Virus record (IMG/VR): IMGVR_UViG_3300035490_000050
Coordinates: 32,001 to 96,000 of that record
From: a virus
DNA: 64,000 bases
Reading direction: 5' to 3' (one strand)
Shown here: positions 17,646-27,851 of the stretch, piece after piece
Layout of the letters: each line of letters begins with the position of its first letter
Numbering within the stretch: position 1 is the stretch's first letter
Translations under genes and position numbers: made by a program
Notes under the pieces: model-generated
What the model was told of the DNA's origin: nothing
Seen by the model: only the letters and a program-made list of their open reading frames with translations
Databases searched by the model: none

Positions 17646-18968
17646 ATGGGAAACGGCGTTTATACTTGGTTGCCCGTATCGACCGCTGTGCAGCAACTTG
17701 CGCAAAGGCTGAATGACCCCACTTACCAGTTTTGGGTCTACGATGAACTTTTGACGTACATCTCGCAGAGCCTTCGTCAATTCAACTCACTTACCTGGAC
17801 TTGGAGACAGGACTTCACTTATAACGATCCTCTCAACATCTGGAATTCGTTGGGTTCTCTTCCCAGTAGCCCACGACTGAGGACGATTACAGATGTAGAA
17901 GTATACGCCGAATTAGAGTATATGTTGCTTGAGCCAAGCAACTTAACAGGAACATGGACCGGCACAAACCAATTCAATCTCAGTGTAATCTCTCAGGCTC
18001 TCCAGCGCCGCAGGGACGAGATGATTCAGATCGGTAATCTGAATCAGTCGTTGATGACGGGTATACCGATTGTTCCGAACACAATCCGCACAGAACTTCC
18101 TGATAATATAATCGACGTAGAGCGCGTCAGGTACATACCAGCTACAGGAAGCCCAAACACCCTCTACCGAGACGATACAGTGGCTTCCGAGTGGTACGAA
18201 GCCCCTCTTTACCAGTTGAACCCAGGAACGCCACAGACGTTTTCACTATCGTCTGAGCCGCCTTTATCGTGGCAGGTGGATATTGCTCCTAACCAGCCGG
18301 GAACCTATGAGGCTATCGTATTGCAATCAGGAGCACCGTTTAATCCTCCTACGCCGACACTGGTAGGGATACCCGACGATCTTATATGGGTGTTGGAATA
18401 TGGCGCACTTGCAGACCTTCTAGGACAGGAAAGTGAAGCGACTGACAGAGAACGCAGTGCCTACGCTCTCAAGAGGTATCAGGACGGCTTACAGTTGATG
18501 ATGAAGAGTCCGTGGATCGAATTGGGGAAGATAAACGGGGTGGCGGTGAGTTTGGATTCAATCGTGAGCATGGATCGTTATTCTCCGGAATTCGACTCGA
18601 ATCCTACCGGCTTTGGGCCTGTGATCGTGGTAGGAGGCCAAGACTTCATCGGCGCTCCAGTGGGAAGCGGCGTGGGGGTCACGGTGCTTGGATCAGCCCC
18701 TATTCTCGATAGCACAAATACGTATATCCAAGTGTCAAGATCGGATGCTGACATCATGTTCGATCTTGCCCAGGCGAGAGCGGCGTTCAAGCAAGGTGGG
18801 GCAGAATTCATGGCCGCATTGGAGATTGAGAAGCGTGCGTTGCTTGCTTGTGCCGCAGAAAACACAAGGTTGAAGTCGCTCGGAGCCTTCAGTGATGTGA
18901 TCGACCAGCGCGGGAATCAACAAGAGCGCGACATGCAACGCTTCAATAACGCCAACAAAAGAAAATGA
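17646..18968 (+). CDS. Second head-tail adaptor-like protein
   Basis: LAQRLNDP...FW..DEL..YI adaptor N-terminus; LEYGALADLL. Confidence 0.65.
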   Translation: MGNGVYTWLPVSTAVQQLAQRLNDPTYQFWVYDELLTYISQSLRQFNSLTWTWRQDFTYNDPLNIWNSLGSLPSSPRLRTITDVEVYAELEYMLLEPSNLTGTWTGTNQFNLSVISQALQRRRDEMIQIGNLNQSLMTGIPIVPNTIRTELPDNIIDVERVRYIPATGSPNTLYRDDTVASEWYEAPLYQLNPGTPQTFSLSSEPPLSWQVDIAPNQPGTYEAIVLQSGAPFNPPTPTLVGIPDDLIWVLEYGALADLLGQESEATDRERSAYALKRYQDGLQLMMKSPWIELGKINGVAVSLDSIVSMDRYSPEFDSNPTGFGPVIVVGGQDFIGAPVGSGVGVTVLGSAPILDSTNTYIQVSRSDADIMFDLAQARAAFKQGGAEFMAALEIEKRALLACAAENTRLKSLGAFSDVIDQRGNQQERDMQRFNNANKRK

Positions 18969-19025
18969 TGTAAACTAGGTTCATCCGCGCTTTCCGGGAG
19001 AGGCGTGAGGATGAAAAGGTGATTT

Positions 19026-19256
19026 ATGCCGTTTCCTGCTCCCGATCCCCGCTGGTTGCCATTCCTTAAACTTGGATTTGGTTTCATTCTCCTTATCGTC
19101 CTAGCGATATTGGCGGCTGTGATTGCCTTGGGAAAGGTGGAGCAACAGACCTCATACGGCCTTAATATAATCCTTGGCGGCTTGCTTACGCTTGCTGGAG
19201 GGTTTACACAGTGGGCTTACGGCAGCACTAAAGGCGTGGACGGTGAGGAGAAGTGA
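19026..19256 (+). CDS. Two-TM small membrane protein
   Basis: Two hydrophobic helices. Confidence 0.65.
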   Translation: MPFPAPDPRWLPFLKLGFGFILLIVLAILAAVIALGKVEQQTSYGLNIILGGLLTLAGGFTQWAYGSTKGVDGEEK

Positions 19257-22200
19257 TGGCAGAGTTTAATAGGAACAAGGGCGGCGAACGTCTCGACTTT
19301 CACGGCATGAGCGTTGCTAGTCCCATAGACATGCTCCCCTCTGGAAAATTTGTCTTTGCACAGAATCTCAGAAGATATATTAAAGGTGCAATAAAAGGCC
19401 GCAACCTTCTCACGGCGGAGCTCTATGTATTATCTGCTGCGGTGCATAGTCTAAAGCGGCTTAATGACTCTACTCCTAACAGCCCAGTTTCCGGCTACTC
19501 GATCATCAATGGTGCGAACACTGTTCTTTCTATTTGGAACTCAACGTTAGGGGTTGAGTCTGTTGCGACAGGATTGAGCGGAAACCCTGTTTCAATGGTT
19601 CCTTTCCGGCCAAATACATCAGTACAACCATGGATGTATGTGGCTGATTCAGCGCCGCAAGGAAACGTCACGATCACAACTGAGTATCTGATTAACGGGA
19701 CAGGAACGACATTCCAGACTGACGGAATGGTAAAAGTTAGGTCGGATGGCATTATTTACAAGATGGGCATAGAAGAGCCTCAGACTGCTCCTGTGGTTTC
19801 TACATCCAATTCGGCAGTGACCGTAACAGGATCATTGTTAGCAACATCTATCCCATGGACAAACTATACAGGGGCGAACTCCTCTTACAATTATGGTGAG
19901 ACGAATGGTTATCCTCATCCGCTAGTAGGAAGAGATGGAACGGCACCGTTTGTTGTCAATTGCGCCAATGCCTCAACAATCACAGTAGCACTTAGTGGCT
20001 CCGCAACCATTAACGGAGGTGCGGCAAGCCCTACAACAAACGGACCATCGACAGGATCGTCTACAAATCCCGGTCACTATGTGATGGTGCAGGGAACAGG
20101 AATGACGCCGCCAGTCACGGCATCGGTAGTCATCGGAGCGTTTACGGATGGTTCTGGAAATGTTATTCCTGTTGGCGTAGCGCCCCTTTATATTCCATCG
20201 GTTGTAGACGTTGGAGGGGCATTAGGTGGGCCTATAACAGTTCCTTACGGCGCACAGGCATTTCAAATAGGCATAAACTCGACAGGAAACACATTCTCTT
20301 CCAACTCTGGATCGTTCTCAATGACGGTTACGGTAACGACAAATGCTCTTCCTTCCGTGACTTCGACTCTCGGTACGATGACGGCGTATTACTGGGGAGA
20401 CAGTCCTACATCTGGTCCAGTAGCGGGGTATATATTCAAGAATCCTGACGATCCGGGTGGATCGGGTCCAACACGTTCAACCTCAGATGCGATAGGAAAC
20501 ACAACCGGAAACTCATTCATCTTTGATGCTACTTTTACTGGAGGAATTCCTGCACTTCCCGGAATAGGTTCGCCTACTGTTCCGATGTTGTGGGCAGATT
20601 TGAATCCAGACAGTGTGGTTGTTGGGTCTAATCCAGTATTTGCGGCTCCGATAACAAACCCCTATACTACAAATACTCAATTTCAGAACTTCAATTTTTG
20701 CCTAACAGGTAGCATCTACTTTCCTTCCGGTGGAAACTACACATTCGTCTTAACTAATCATGATGACGTTATTTGGGGTATCGGCGGTGGAGTAACGTTA
20801 GTTTCAGCAACCGTATCAGGAAGCGGCGAAGGAGCAAGCGCTTCAATCTCAGGTTACGGTCAGACCATTACAGTTGTAGGAGGATACCCTCTACTTCCAA
20901 GACAGAATTATACGTCTGGAAGCGGTGGAAACTACGCTAAGACGACGGTCGTAGTCAGTGTTCCTGCGGCTGGAATTTACCCGATTGAACTTGACTATGA
21001 TTATTGGTATCATTCAGGACGTATTTTGCTCTTGATGGCCTCTGCGACCGCTGGAGGCGCTGCAACGATCATCCCACCTTTGACCGCAGGAGTTCGTCAA
21101 CAGGTACAATATCGCTACGTGTACCGCTCAAGCGCGACAGGAGCAATGTCGAATCCATCTCCTGAATCGACGGCTGAATCCGTTCCAGTCACAGCAAACA
21201 CGATTACGTCTATTTGGTCTCCTGACCCTCAAGTGGACGTTGTTGACTACTACCGAATTGACTCCGTGACTTCTGAGTTTACCTATGTGAACACAGGACC
21301 AAATGATAATCTCGGCGTAGGAGGGACAAACACTCCGGTTACGGATTCTCTGCTCGATACGGAACTTGGAACACAGTTGCTTCAATACGATAACTATGAG
21401 CCTTTTCCATCCATCGATCTTCCGCAGAAAGGAACTTGCACAGTAAGCGGTGGAGTAATTACATGGGTTTCCGGTGGGGCGATAGGAGGATCGGCAACTG
21501 GATTCAATAACCGTTGGCTGGCAGGAACCGAAATTCTTATTGGTTCTCCTACATCTCTGGCTTACACATTCATTGCCCGTCCTGTTTCTAACACGATCAC
21601 GATACCCGGAGTTCCTGATGGAACAGGACTAGCGTATGAGATTCCTGAGCCGATTTTGGCTGCACAGCCATTGCCGTACATGTGGGGTCCGACAGATAAC
21701 ATCAATTATGTCTTTGCCGTAGGTGACCTGTTTAGGCCAGGAACACTGTATTGGTGCAAGGGATCAAACCTGGATGCTGCTCCCGACACAAACCAAATGG
21801 ATGTCACTGATCCTGGAGAACCGCTGGTCAATGGTGCAATTGCCGGTGGGCTAGGAGTGCTATTCTCGATTAAGCGTGCATGGCTGATTGTTCCCAGTTC
21901 CGGTAGTGCTGTTGCCGCCGCCACAGGAACTGTAGGATCGATATGGAATTTGCAGGAATCCTCAATTACGAGGGGACTGTATATTCCTCGTTGCGTTTGC
22001 GTTTCAGGGGGTGGATTGATTTATTTCAGAGTAGATGATGGGATTCACGTTTCTTCTTACGGATCGGCAAGTAAGTCAATTACAGACCAAGATTTGTACC
22101 CGTTATTTACCCATGAATCCTCTGCGCCTGCTGCTGCGGTAACAATTGCAGGGTATACTATCTATCCGCCAGATGATACGCAGCCTAATCTCCAACGCTT

Positions 22201-22513
22201 CTCAATACAAGGTGCTTACATGTACTGGGACTATCGAGGAATCGATGGAAACCCTCACACACTCGTGTTCGACGAAGCGGCGATGGGGTGGGTTTATGAC
22301 GTTTACACGCCAGCAGCTACCATTCACGCTCCAGACGAAGGGCAGAGTATAGGAGAAACGCTTGTAGGATGCTCTGACGGAAGCGTAAGATTGATGAGCA
22401 GCGCAGGAACAGAATCGGCTACGGCGGTATTGTTGACGCCAGCGTTCGATAAAGGCGATACGAGATCGATTGCTCAGTGGGGCGATCTCTATATCGAAAG
22501 CACTAATCCATAG
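19253..22513 (+). CDS. Tail nozzle / stabilisation protein (P22 gp10 or tail tubular B-like) with PA14-like insertion
   Basis: Size, synteny and propeller-like segments; LTGSIYFP..GNYTF....DD...GIYPIELDY. Confidence 0.65.
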   Translation: MMAEFNRNKGGERLDFHGMSVASPIDMLPSGKFVFAQNLRRYIKGAIKGRNLLTAELYVLSAAVHSLKRLNDSTPNSPVSGYSIINGANTVLSIWNSTLGVESVATGLSGNPVSMVPFRPNTSVQPWMYVADSAPQGNVTITTEYLINGTGTTFQTDGMVKVRSDGIIYKMGIEEPQTAPVVSTSNSAVTVTGSLLATSIPWTNYTGANSSYNYGETNGYPHPLVGRDGTAPFVVNCANASTITVALSGSATINGGAASPTTNGPSTGSSTNPGHYVMVQGTGMTPPVTASVVIGAFTDGSGNVIPVGVAPLYIPSVVDVGGALGGPITVPYGAQAFQIGINSTGNTFSSNSGSFSMTVTVTTNALPSVTSTLGTMTAYYWGDSPTSGPVAGYIFKNPDDPGGSGPTRSTSDAIGNTTGNSFIFDATFTGGIPALPGIGSPTVPMLWADLNPDSVVVGSNPVFAAPITNPYTTNTQFQNFNFCLTGSIYFPSGGNYTFVLTNHDDVIWGIGGGVTLVSATVSGSGEGASASISGYGQTITVVGGYPLLPRQNYTSGSGGNYAKTTVVVSVPAAGIYPIELDYDYWYHSGRILLLMASATAGGAATIIPPLTAGVRQQVQYRYVYRSSATGAMSNPSPESTAESVPVTANTITSIWSPDPQVDVVDYYRIDSVTSEFTYVNTGPNDNLGVGGTNTPVTDSLLDTELGTQLLQYDNYEPFPSIDLPQKGTCTVSGGVITWVSGGAIGGSATGFNNRWLAGTEILIGSPTSLAYTFIARPVSNTITIPGVPDGTGLAYEIPEPILAAQPLPYMWGPTDNINYVFAVGDLFRPGTLYWCKGSNLDAAPDTNQMDVTDPGEPLVNGAIAGGLGVLFSIKRAWLIVPSSGSAVAAATGTVGSIWNLQESSITRGLYIPRCVCVSGGGLIYFRVDDGIHVSSYGSASKSITDQDLYPLFTHESSAPAAAVTIAGYTIYPPDDTQPNLQRFSIQGAYMYWDYRGIDGNPHTLVFDEAAMGWVYDVYTPAATIHAPDEGQSIGETLVGCSDGSVRLMSSAGTESATAVLLTPAFDKGDTRSIAQWGDLYIESTNP

Positions 22514-22521
22514 GAAACATC

Positions 22522-24012
22522 ATGGCGCTTGTAGGAATAAGTCTGACGGTCGACTGCTACACGGCACTCTATACGTCACAGGTGTCTAACGCCAATATTA
22601 CCGTCTCAAGTTCTGTATCTCAGGGACGCACAGAAACAGTCCTAGATTTTAACAATGGAGATGGAGTATACGCCCGTGACCTTGAGACCTCCTTCTCATG
22701 GCCTATCTCAGCAGGAACTATTCTCTACACATGGCAACCGACGCTAATTGAAAAACCGGAAAACACTTATAATCGCGCGACAGATTGGGATAATGCTGGC
22801 GTGCCGGGGAATAAACTTATCCGTGGATTTATCCTTGAACTTGACACGCTAGGAAATGCAAAAGAGGTAATAGTACAGCGCGTAGAAGACAATGGATTTT
22901 TTACTCCTAGCGAGTCACCGGCTACAACAAACTCGCAAGTTCTAAAGGCATTCAGTTTCAATCCACCGTTTGTATCACATAATGTTCGCATAACCAGCAC
23001 TGATAGTGTGGCATGGAGAAACTTTGGAGTAAAATGGATTGCCGATCCGTGGGTAGAATACGCAACATTAAGGAGCGCATGGTCTAATTTGGGAATGCAG
23101 GGAGCCAAGTATATTCGCGGATTAGTTATTCCTATGGATACGCAAGGGATAGCCGCAAACATAAACATACTTACGTCGGATGGAGGAAGTGTAGGATTTA
23201 CGGCGACGACTCCAACGGCTGTTAAAACTCCTGTATCTTTCGCATTTGATCCTCCAATAGTTGCACATGACGTGCAGATTGAAATGCTTACTGCTACAGC
23301 AGGAGCATGGGTTGAAGAGGCACGATGGGACTTCGATCCTTACCCTGAAATAATTCCAGAATATACGCCGATTATGGAGATCGGTGGTCCTGACAATAAG
23401 TTTGTACAGGGAGTGAAGCTAATAGCGGATACGGCGAACACTTCCGTAACATTTCAAGTATTGTACGATGGAGGGCAGATAGGTCCGACATTTACTGGAA
23501 CATTCAACGGTAAACAGACGTTGATATTCTCATGGATACCATTCCTAGCGCACGATATTCAGTTGGTTCCACAAGCAAACGCAAGAGTTTGGTACGGAGG
23601 GGTTGGACAAGGTCAATCGGAATGGGTTTACCAGCCATTCCCAGAGTCATCTACGTTATGGCAAACGGAAATGACATCTCTCGGAGGAGTTGGTTTCCAT
23701 CATTTGAGGCTTATCAACATTGAGTACATATCCACTGCGGCTGCAACGCTGTCGTTTGTTGTGGATACAGGTAATGGAAGTTATGCTCCGCTAAACATAA
23801 CGATTCCATCTTCGGGAGGAACGCAGACTAAATGGTTCACACAGGTGTCTCCGAATAAGTGGAAATTGATTTCTTTCAAAGTAGTATCATCGGCTCCAAT
23901 CACAATTTTCCAAGAGGGTTTTGAGGTCTGGACTAAAAGTTGGGGAAGCACAGGCGAGTACAACAAACAAAAGCCATTTGCAGGACCGTCAAATTCAGGA
24001 GCAATTGTTTGA
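22522..24012 (+). CDS. Tail protein with four ~95 aa beta-sandwich repeats
   Basis: Repeated W...G..G.K.IRG..L..DT units. Confidence 0.65.
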   Translation: MALVGISLTVDCYTALYTSQVSNANITVSSSVSQGRTETVLDFNNGDGVYARDLETSFSWPISAGTILYTWQPTLIEKPENTYNRATDWDNAGVPGNKLIRGFILELDTLGNAKEVIVQRVEDNGFFTPSESPATTNSQVLKAFSFNPPFVSHNVRITSTDSVAWRNFGVKWIADPWVEYATLRSAWSNLGMQGAKYIRGLVIPMDTQGIAANINILTSDGGSVGFTATTPTAVKTPVSFAFDPPIVAHDVQIEMLTATAGAWVEEARWDFDPYPEIIPEYTPIMEIGGPDNKFVQGVKLIADTANTSVTFQVLYDGGQIGPTFTGTFNGKQTLIFSWIPFLAHDIQLVPQANARVWYGGVGQGQSEWVYQPFPESSTLWQTEMTSLGGVGFHHLRLINIEYISTAAATLSFVVDTGNGSYAPLNITIPSSGGTQTKWFTQVSPNKWKLISFKVVSSAPITIFQEGFEVWTKSWGSTGEYNKQKPFAGPSNSGAIV

Positions 24013-24118
24013 AGAATCCGGTGACTCCAAGGCGATGCAAGCGTTGCGGGGCGATAGGTCATGTGCCTCACGCTGGAGGATTATGCCCTTCATGCACTAA
24101 GTGGCAGGAGAATAAGAA

Positions 24119-24967
24119 GTGAGTACAACTCCTACGATCACGCCGAAATTCCCGTTTGAACCGCATATTGCATCGCTTTCAAGCGAGCATCAGTACGTTC
24201 TTAGAAATTTATGGTACTCGATAAATGATGCACAAAATGCTGTTCCAATATTAAAGGCTCAAATTGACGCACTTACGAAAACAACGGCAGCGAATACAAC
24301 AGCCATAAACACAATTTCATCCAGCGAAACAGTTACTCCATCGTCCTCTTCTTCTATAGGATTTGTTAACAATCAGACTGGAAATACAACTTACGCGACA
24401 ACGCAGGCAGATGCGGGAGCATTTATCATCTTAGACGATGCTTCTCCGATTGCGGTTACATTAACGAGCGATCCTTCTATTCAATTGCCGTGGGAGACAA
24501 ACTTTCTCAATTTAGGGGTAGGAATAGCGACGTTAACGCCAGCGACAGGAACAATCAACGGACTTGCTTCGCTGACTTTACCTCAAAATGGGTATGTCAC
24601 GGTGTCGTTCGATGGAACAAATTTCTGGCTTGGACCGCCTCCACAAATCATTACAAAGGGCGGAACGGTTCTTAATCCTACGGCTCCAATCAACGTCATT
24701 GTGTGGTTTGCGCCATATTCTTTCACGATCACAAACGTTTTGGGGTACACTTCAGGGACGACAGGATCGGTGATAAACGCGCAGAGGAACGGTTCTTTAC
24801 CTCTTTTGGTGAGCAATTTGACCCTTGGAAGCGCAAATACTTGGACGGATGGAGGGGCAGTACAGAACACGGCGGTTTCAATCGGTGATAAACTGGAAAT
24901 CGTGATAGTAAGCGTTTCAGGGACGCCGACAGAGATTGCTATAGAAATTCAGGGTACGAGGCCATAG
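24119..24967 (+). CDS. Tail needle/fibre-like protein
   Basis: Coiled-coil N-terminus and beta-rich C-terminal domains. Confidence 0.55.
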   Translation: MSTTPTITPKFPFEPHIASLSSEHQYVLRNLWYSINDAQNAVPILKAQIDALTKTTAANTTAINTISSSETVTPSSSSSIGFVNNQTGNTTYATTQADAGAFIILDDASPIAVTLTSDPSIQLPWETNFLNLGVGIATLTPATGTINGLASLTLPQNGYVTVSFDGTNFWLGPPPQIITKGGTVLNPTAPINVIVWFAPYSFTITNVLGYTSGTTGSVINAQRNGSLPLLVSNLTLGSANTWTDGGAVQNTAVSIGDKLEIVIVSVSGTPTEIAIEIQGTRP

Positions 24968-25312
24968 ATGGAGATTCTCCCCGATTCCCGATGCAAGAAC
25001 GCGACAGGAGTAGTGCAGATAAATGGGGTGAATCATGTTCCTATTTTCTGTATGAATTGTGGAACACCGGGAGGATTGGTTACCGAGAGAGGGATAAACT
25101 TTGTTGGGTGGATGTGTGACTCTTGTCAGGAGAAGTATCCTTTGCCGCCAGGAACCTATGCATTACCGGATGACGAGCATAATCGTAAAGTGGCAGAGGA
25201 ATTGGCAAAGGTTGGGCCTCTGAATCTCAACAGGATAGCGGAACTTTTGAAGGATGACCGTAGTACTTTGGCGCGGCTTGCCAGAGACAATCCAATTTTC
25301 GGTAGCAACTAA
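24968..25312 (+). CDS. Zinc-binding hypothetical protein
   Basis: CMNC...CDSC. Confidence 0.65.
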   Translation: MEILPDSRCKNATGVVQINGVNHVPIFCMNCGTPGGLVTERGINFVGWMCDSCQEKYPLPPGTYALPDDEHNRKVAEELAKVGPLNLNRIAELLKDDRSTLARLARDNPIFGSN

Positions 25313-25323
25313 GGAGAATCACA

Positions 25324-25809
25324 ATGGCACAAATGGTCTATGTTGACGGGTTAGCAACCCCCGGAAACTTCACAACGAGCGGTTCGGCAAACACGGAAGT
25401 CGGTGCTATTGACTTCTTAGCGGCAGCAACAGGGCAGAGCGTAAACATGCTTGCGCTAAGTTGCGGCGGAAAAAGCTCAGGCTTGACAACTCTGACTGCA
25501 ATCGCACTCCGTGTGCGCAAGTATGGAACCGCTTCAACGGGTGGAACTGGCTCATCTATTGTCGCGGTGGACCCAGCAATGCAGGCGGCTACGCACACGT
25601 CGAATACAGGCCAAACTTTAGGGTCTACACCAACCTATTTGATGAGCGTGATCTTTGGTGCAGCGGGTCCGGGTGGATGGGTAGCTCCTAACCCTGATGC
25701 CATGCCACGTTTGAAGGCTGCGTCTACTACAGCTTCTTTGGATATTGTTTCAACCACAGGCGGAACGTCATTGCCGTTTGAACTCACGGCTCAGATTGTA
25801 GAACTGTAA
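25324..25809 (+). CDS. Putative virion structural protein
   Basis: Beta-rich, T/A/G-rich; AAGGAG RBS. Confidence 0.65.
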   Translation: MAQMVYVDGLATPGNFTTSGSANTEVGAIDFLAAATGQSVNMLALSCGGKSSGLTTLTAIALRVRKYGTASTGGTGSSIVAVDPAMQAATHTSNTGQTLGSTPTYLMSVIFGAAGPGGWVAPNPDAMPRLKAASTTASLDIVSTTGGTSLPFELTAQIVEL

Positions 25810-25818
25810 GGAGCGGCG

Positions 25819-26403
25819 ATGGCAAGGCAGTATTTCAACACTCTTCTCGCGGATTCTCTTGTTGCGGCGCTTGCTACTACGCCGACGACCACTCAGACTG
25901 CTCTCTTCACTCAAGCACAAGCGAATCTCTATCTGCCTGTACCGTATGGAGCGAACGCCCCATCGGTCGGGCAGGTATTCCGGTTCGTGGTCGGTGGGAT
26001 TATCACCACGCCAGCCACAGGCACCCTCATCATAACCCCGTACTACGGGTCGAACACCGCAACGACTACGTTCGGCACGAGCATGGGTGCCAGCGCCGCG
26101 CAGACCGTGACAGCCAGCCTTTCAAGCGCGCCATGGAGGCTGGAAGGGTCGTTGGTATTCCGCTCGATCTCCGCGACCGCTTCTTCCTCCACGGCATGGC
26201 TCACCGGAACTTTCTGTTCACAGGGAACTCTTGCGACGGCTGGTGGCGGATGGACTATCGTTTTTGGCTCAACTGCCGCAGTGACCGTGGACACGACAGG
26301 AACGGTGACAACGAATTCGCAAAATTTGAATTTCTCAGTGACCTTCTCCGTGACCGGGGCAACGGTCACCGTCGAATACACAGCGATGCAATCGCTGAAC
26401 TAA
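25819..26403 (+). CDS. Putative virion structural protein
   Basis: Thr-rich beta protein; AAGGAG RBS. Confidence 0.65.
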   Translation: MARQYFNTLLADSLVAALATTPTTTQTALFTQAQANLYLPVPYGANAPSVGQVFRFVVGGIITTPATGTLIITPYYGSNTATTTFGTSMGASAAQTVTASLSSAPWRLEGSLVFRSISATASSSTAWLTGTFCSQGTLATAGGGWTIVFGSTAAVTVDTTGTVTTNSQNLNFSVTFSVTGATVTVEYTAMQSLN

Positions 26404-26404
26404 T

Positions 26405-27733
26405 ATGCCGCATGTAACCGGCACAGTCGGCGCGCACGGCCCGATCAAGCCGTTCGAGTTCTTCACTGAATCACCCGCCAATCCGCCCGCCCAAACGGCG
26501 ATTGACGACGGCTCCGATGGGTGGGACGGATTAGCTAGTACCTTCGGTCAGACAGCGGTAGCAATCGCCGCATCTCTTGCGTTAACCGTCTCCATGACGG
26601 CGGCGGCGCAACAACCGTATATCCAAGATGAGCTTCCGCAACAGGCTACTGTAGTCGATGATATTCAGTGGCAGAATCCTACTTTCCCCATTGCTCCGTC
26701 ATGGAACATTCAACAGTTCCTTGTTGACACGGATTACATCCCACAGATTTCGGTTGATGAACAGTACAGGGTCGAGCCGGTACAGCCTGTCGCTTTTGAG
26801 TCCGACTGGACAACCCCACTCATCTTCACGGACCCGGATTATCCTCCGCAAATAGGAGTAGATGAGAGTCCTTGGCAGAACCCTGTCCAACCTTTCTCTC
26901 CAGCATGGAACCAGCAAGTAACATTCTACGATTCCGATCCTCTTCCTTCGCTGGTTGATGAGGTTTACTGGTTTTATTCTACTCCGTTTAATCAGCCTTC
27001 ATGGAATATTCAACTATCTCAACCCGACATCGACTACGTACCGCCCATAGCCGCAACAGTTGTAGATGAAATCTATGCTCTTCCTCTGCCGTCAAGCGTT
27101 CCTGGTGCGGATTGGTTTACTCAGCCTGTTACGGTAGATGGAGACTACACACCTCAAATCTCAATAGAGGAGCAATTCTGGCAGAACCCTGTAATTCCTG
27201 TCCCGCCACAGGCGAATCTACAGTCTCCAGTACCACTCGATGCAGATTATCTTCCACAGATCACAGTGGATGAGCAGTACTGGATAAACCCTGTTAAGCC
27301 GCAGGTTCCTGGCGCGGATTGGACCTACCAGCCACCGCCTGTTGAGGATGACTACTTACCATCTCTTTCGATAGACGACACGCCGTGGGTCAATCCTGTA
27401 GCGCCGGTAGCGCCTCAGTGGAACGCTCAACCCCCTACGGCTCCAGACGCAGATTACATTCCTCAGATAGCCGTTTCTGATGACGTTTGGCAGAATCCTA
27501 TTGCGCCGCCAGGACCAGGAGCGGATTGGAATAAACCGCTGGTCACAGTTGATGAGCAGCGGGTTACCTACGTTGCGCCGCCGTTAGTTCCTGAAGAAAT
27601 TTACTGGATAAACCACGTCAAGCCGACAGGAATAGAGAACATTCCTTTACAGCAGTGGACGTTTGATGAGTGGGGATTACCGATTGCGCCGTCAGTGACG
27701 ACATCGTTTGTGGTCTGGCTAAATGATGATTAG
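26405..27733 (+). CDS. Acidic Pro/Trp-rich tandem-repeat protein (~10 x 33 aa)
   Basis: Repeat VDEQYWQNPVxPxxPxWxxQPxxxDxDYxPQI. Confidence 0.8.
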   Translation: MPHVTGTVGAHGPIKPFEFFTESPANPPAQTAIDDGSDGWDGLASTFGQTAVAIAASLALTVSMTAAAQQPYIQDELPQQATVVDDIQWQNPTFPIAPSWNIQQFLVDTDYIPQISVDEQYRVEPVQPVAFESDWTTPLIFTDPDYPPQIGVDESPWQNPVQPFSPAWNQQVTFYDSDPLPSLVDEVYWFYSTPFNQPSWNIQLSQPDIDYVPPIAATVVDEIYALPLPSSVPGADWFTQPVTVDGDYTPQISIEEQFWQNPVIPVPPQANLQSPVPLDADYLPQITVDEQYWINPVKPQVPGADWTYQPPPVEDDYLPSLSIDDTPWVNPVAPVAPQWNAQPPTAPDADYIPQIAVSDDVWQNPIAPPGPGADWNKPLVTVDEQRVTYVAPPLVPEEIYWINHVKPTGIENIPLQQWTFDEWGLPIAPSVTTSFVVWLNDD

Positions 27734-27851
27734 TAAGAGAACTGTTGCGCTATCTGTGTTTTGGGGTACAATAGGGACGTTGAGCAATGGCGACCGGGAG
27801 CCAGCCGTTCTCTAAGGAACAACTTGATGTAAGTTGTTGATAGGAGGGAAC

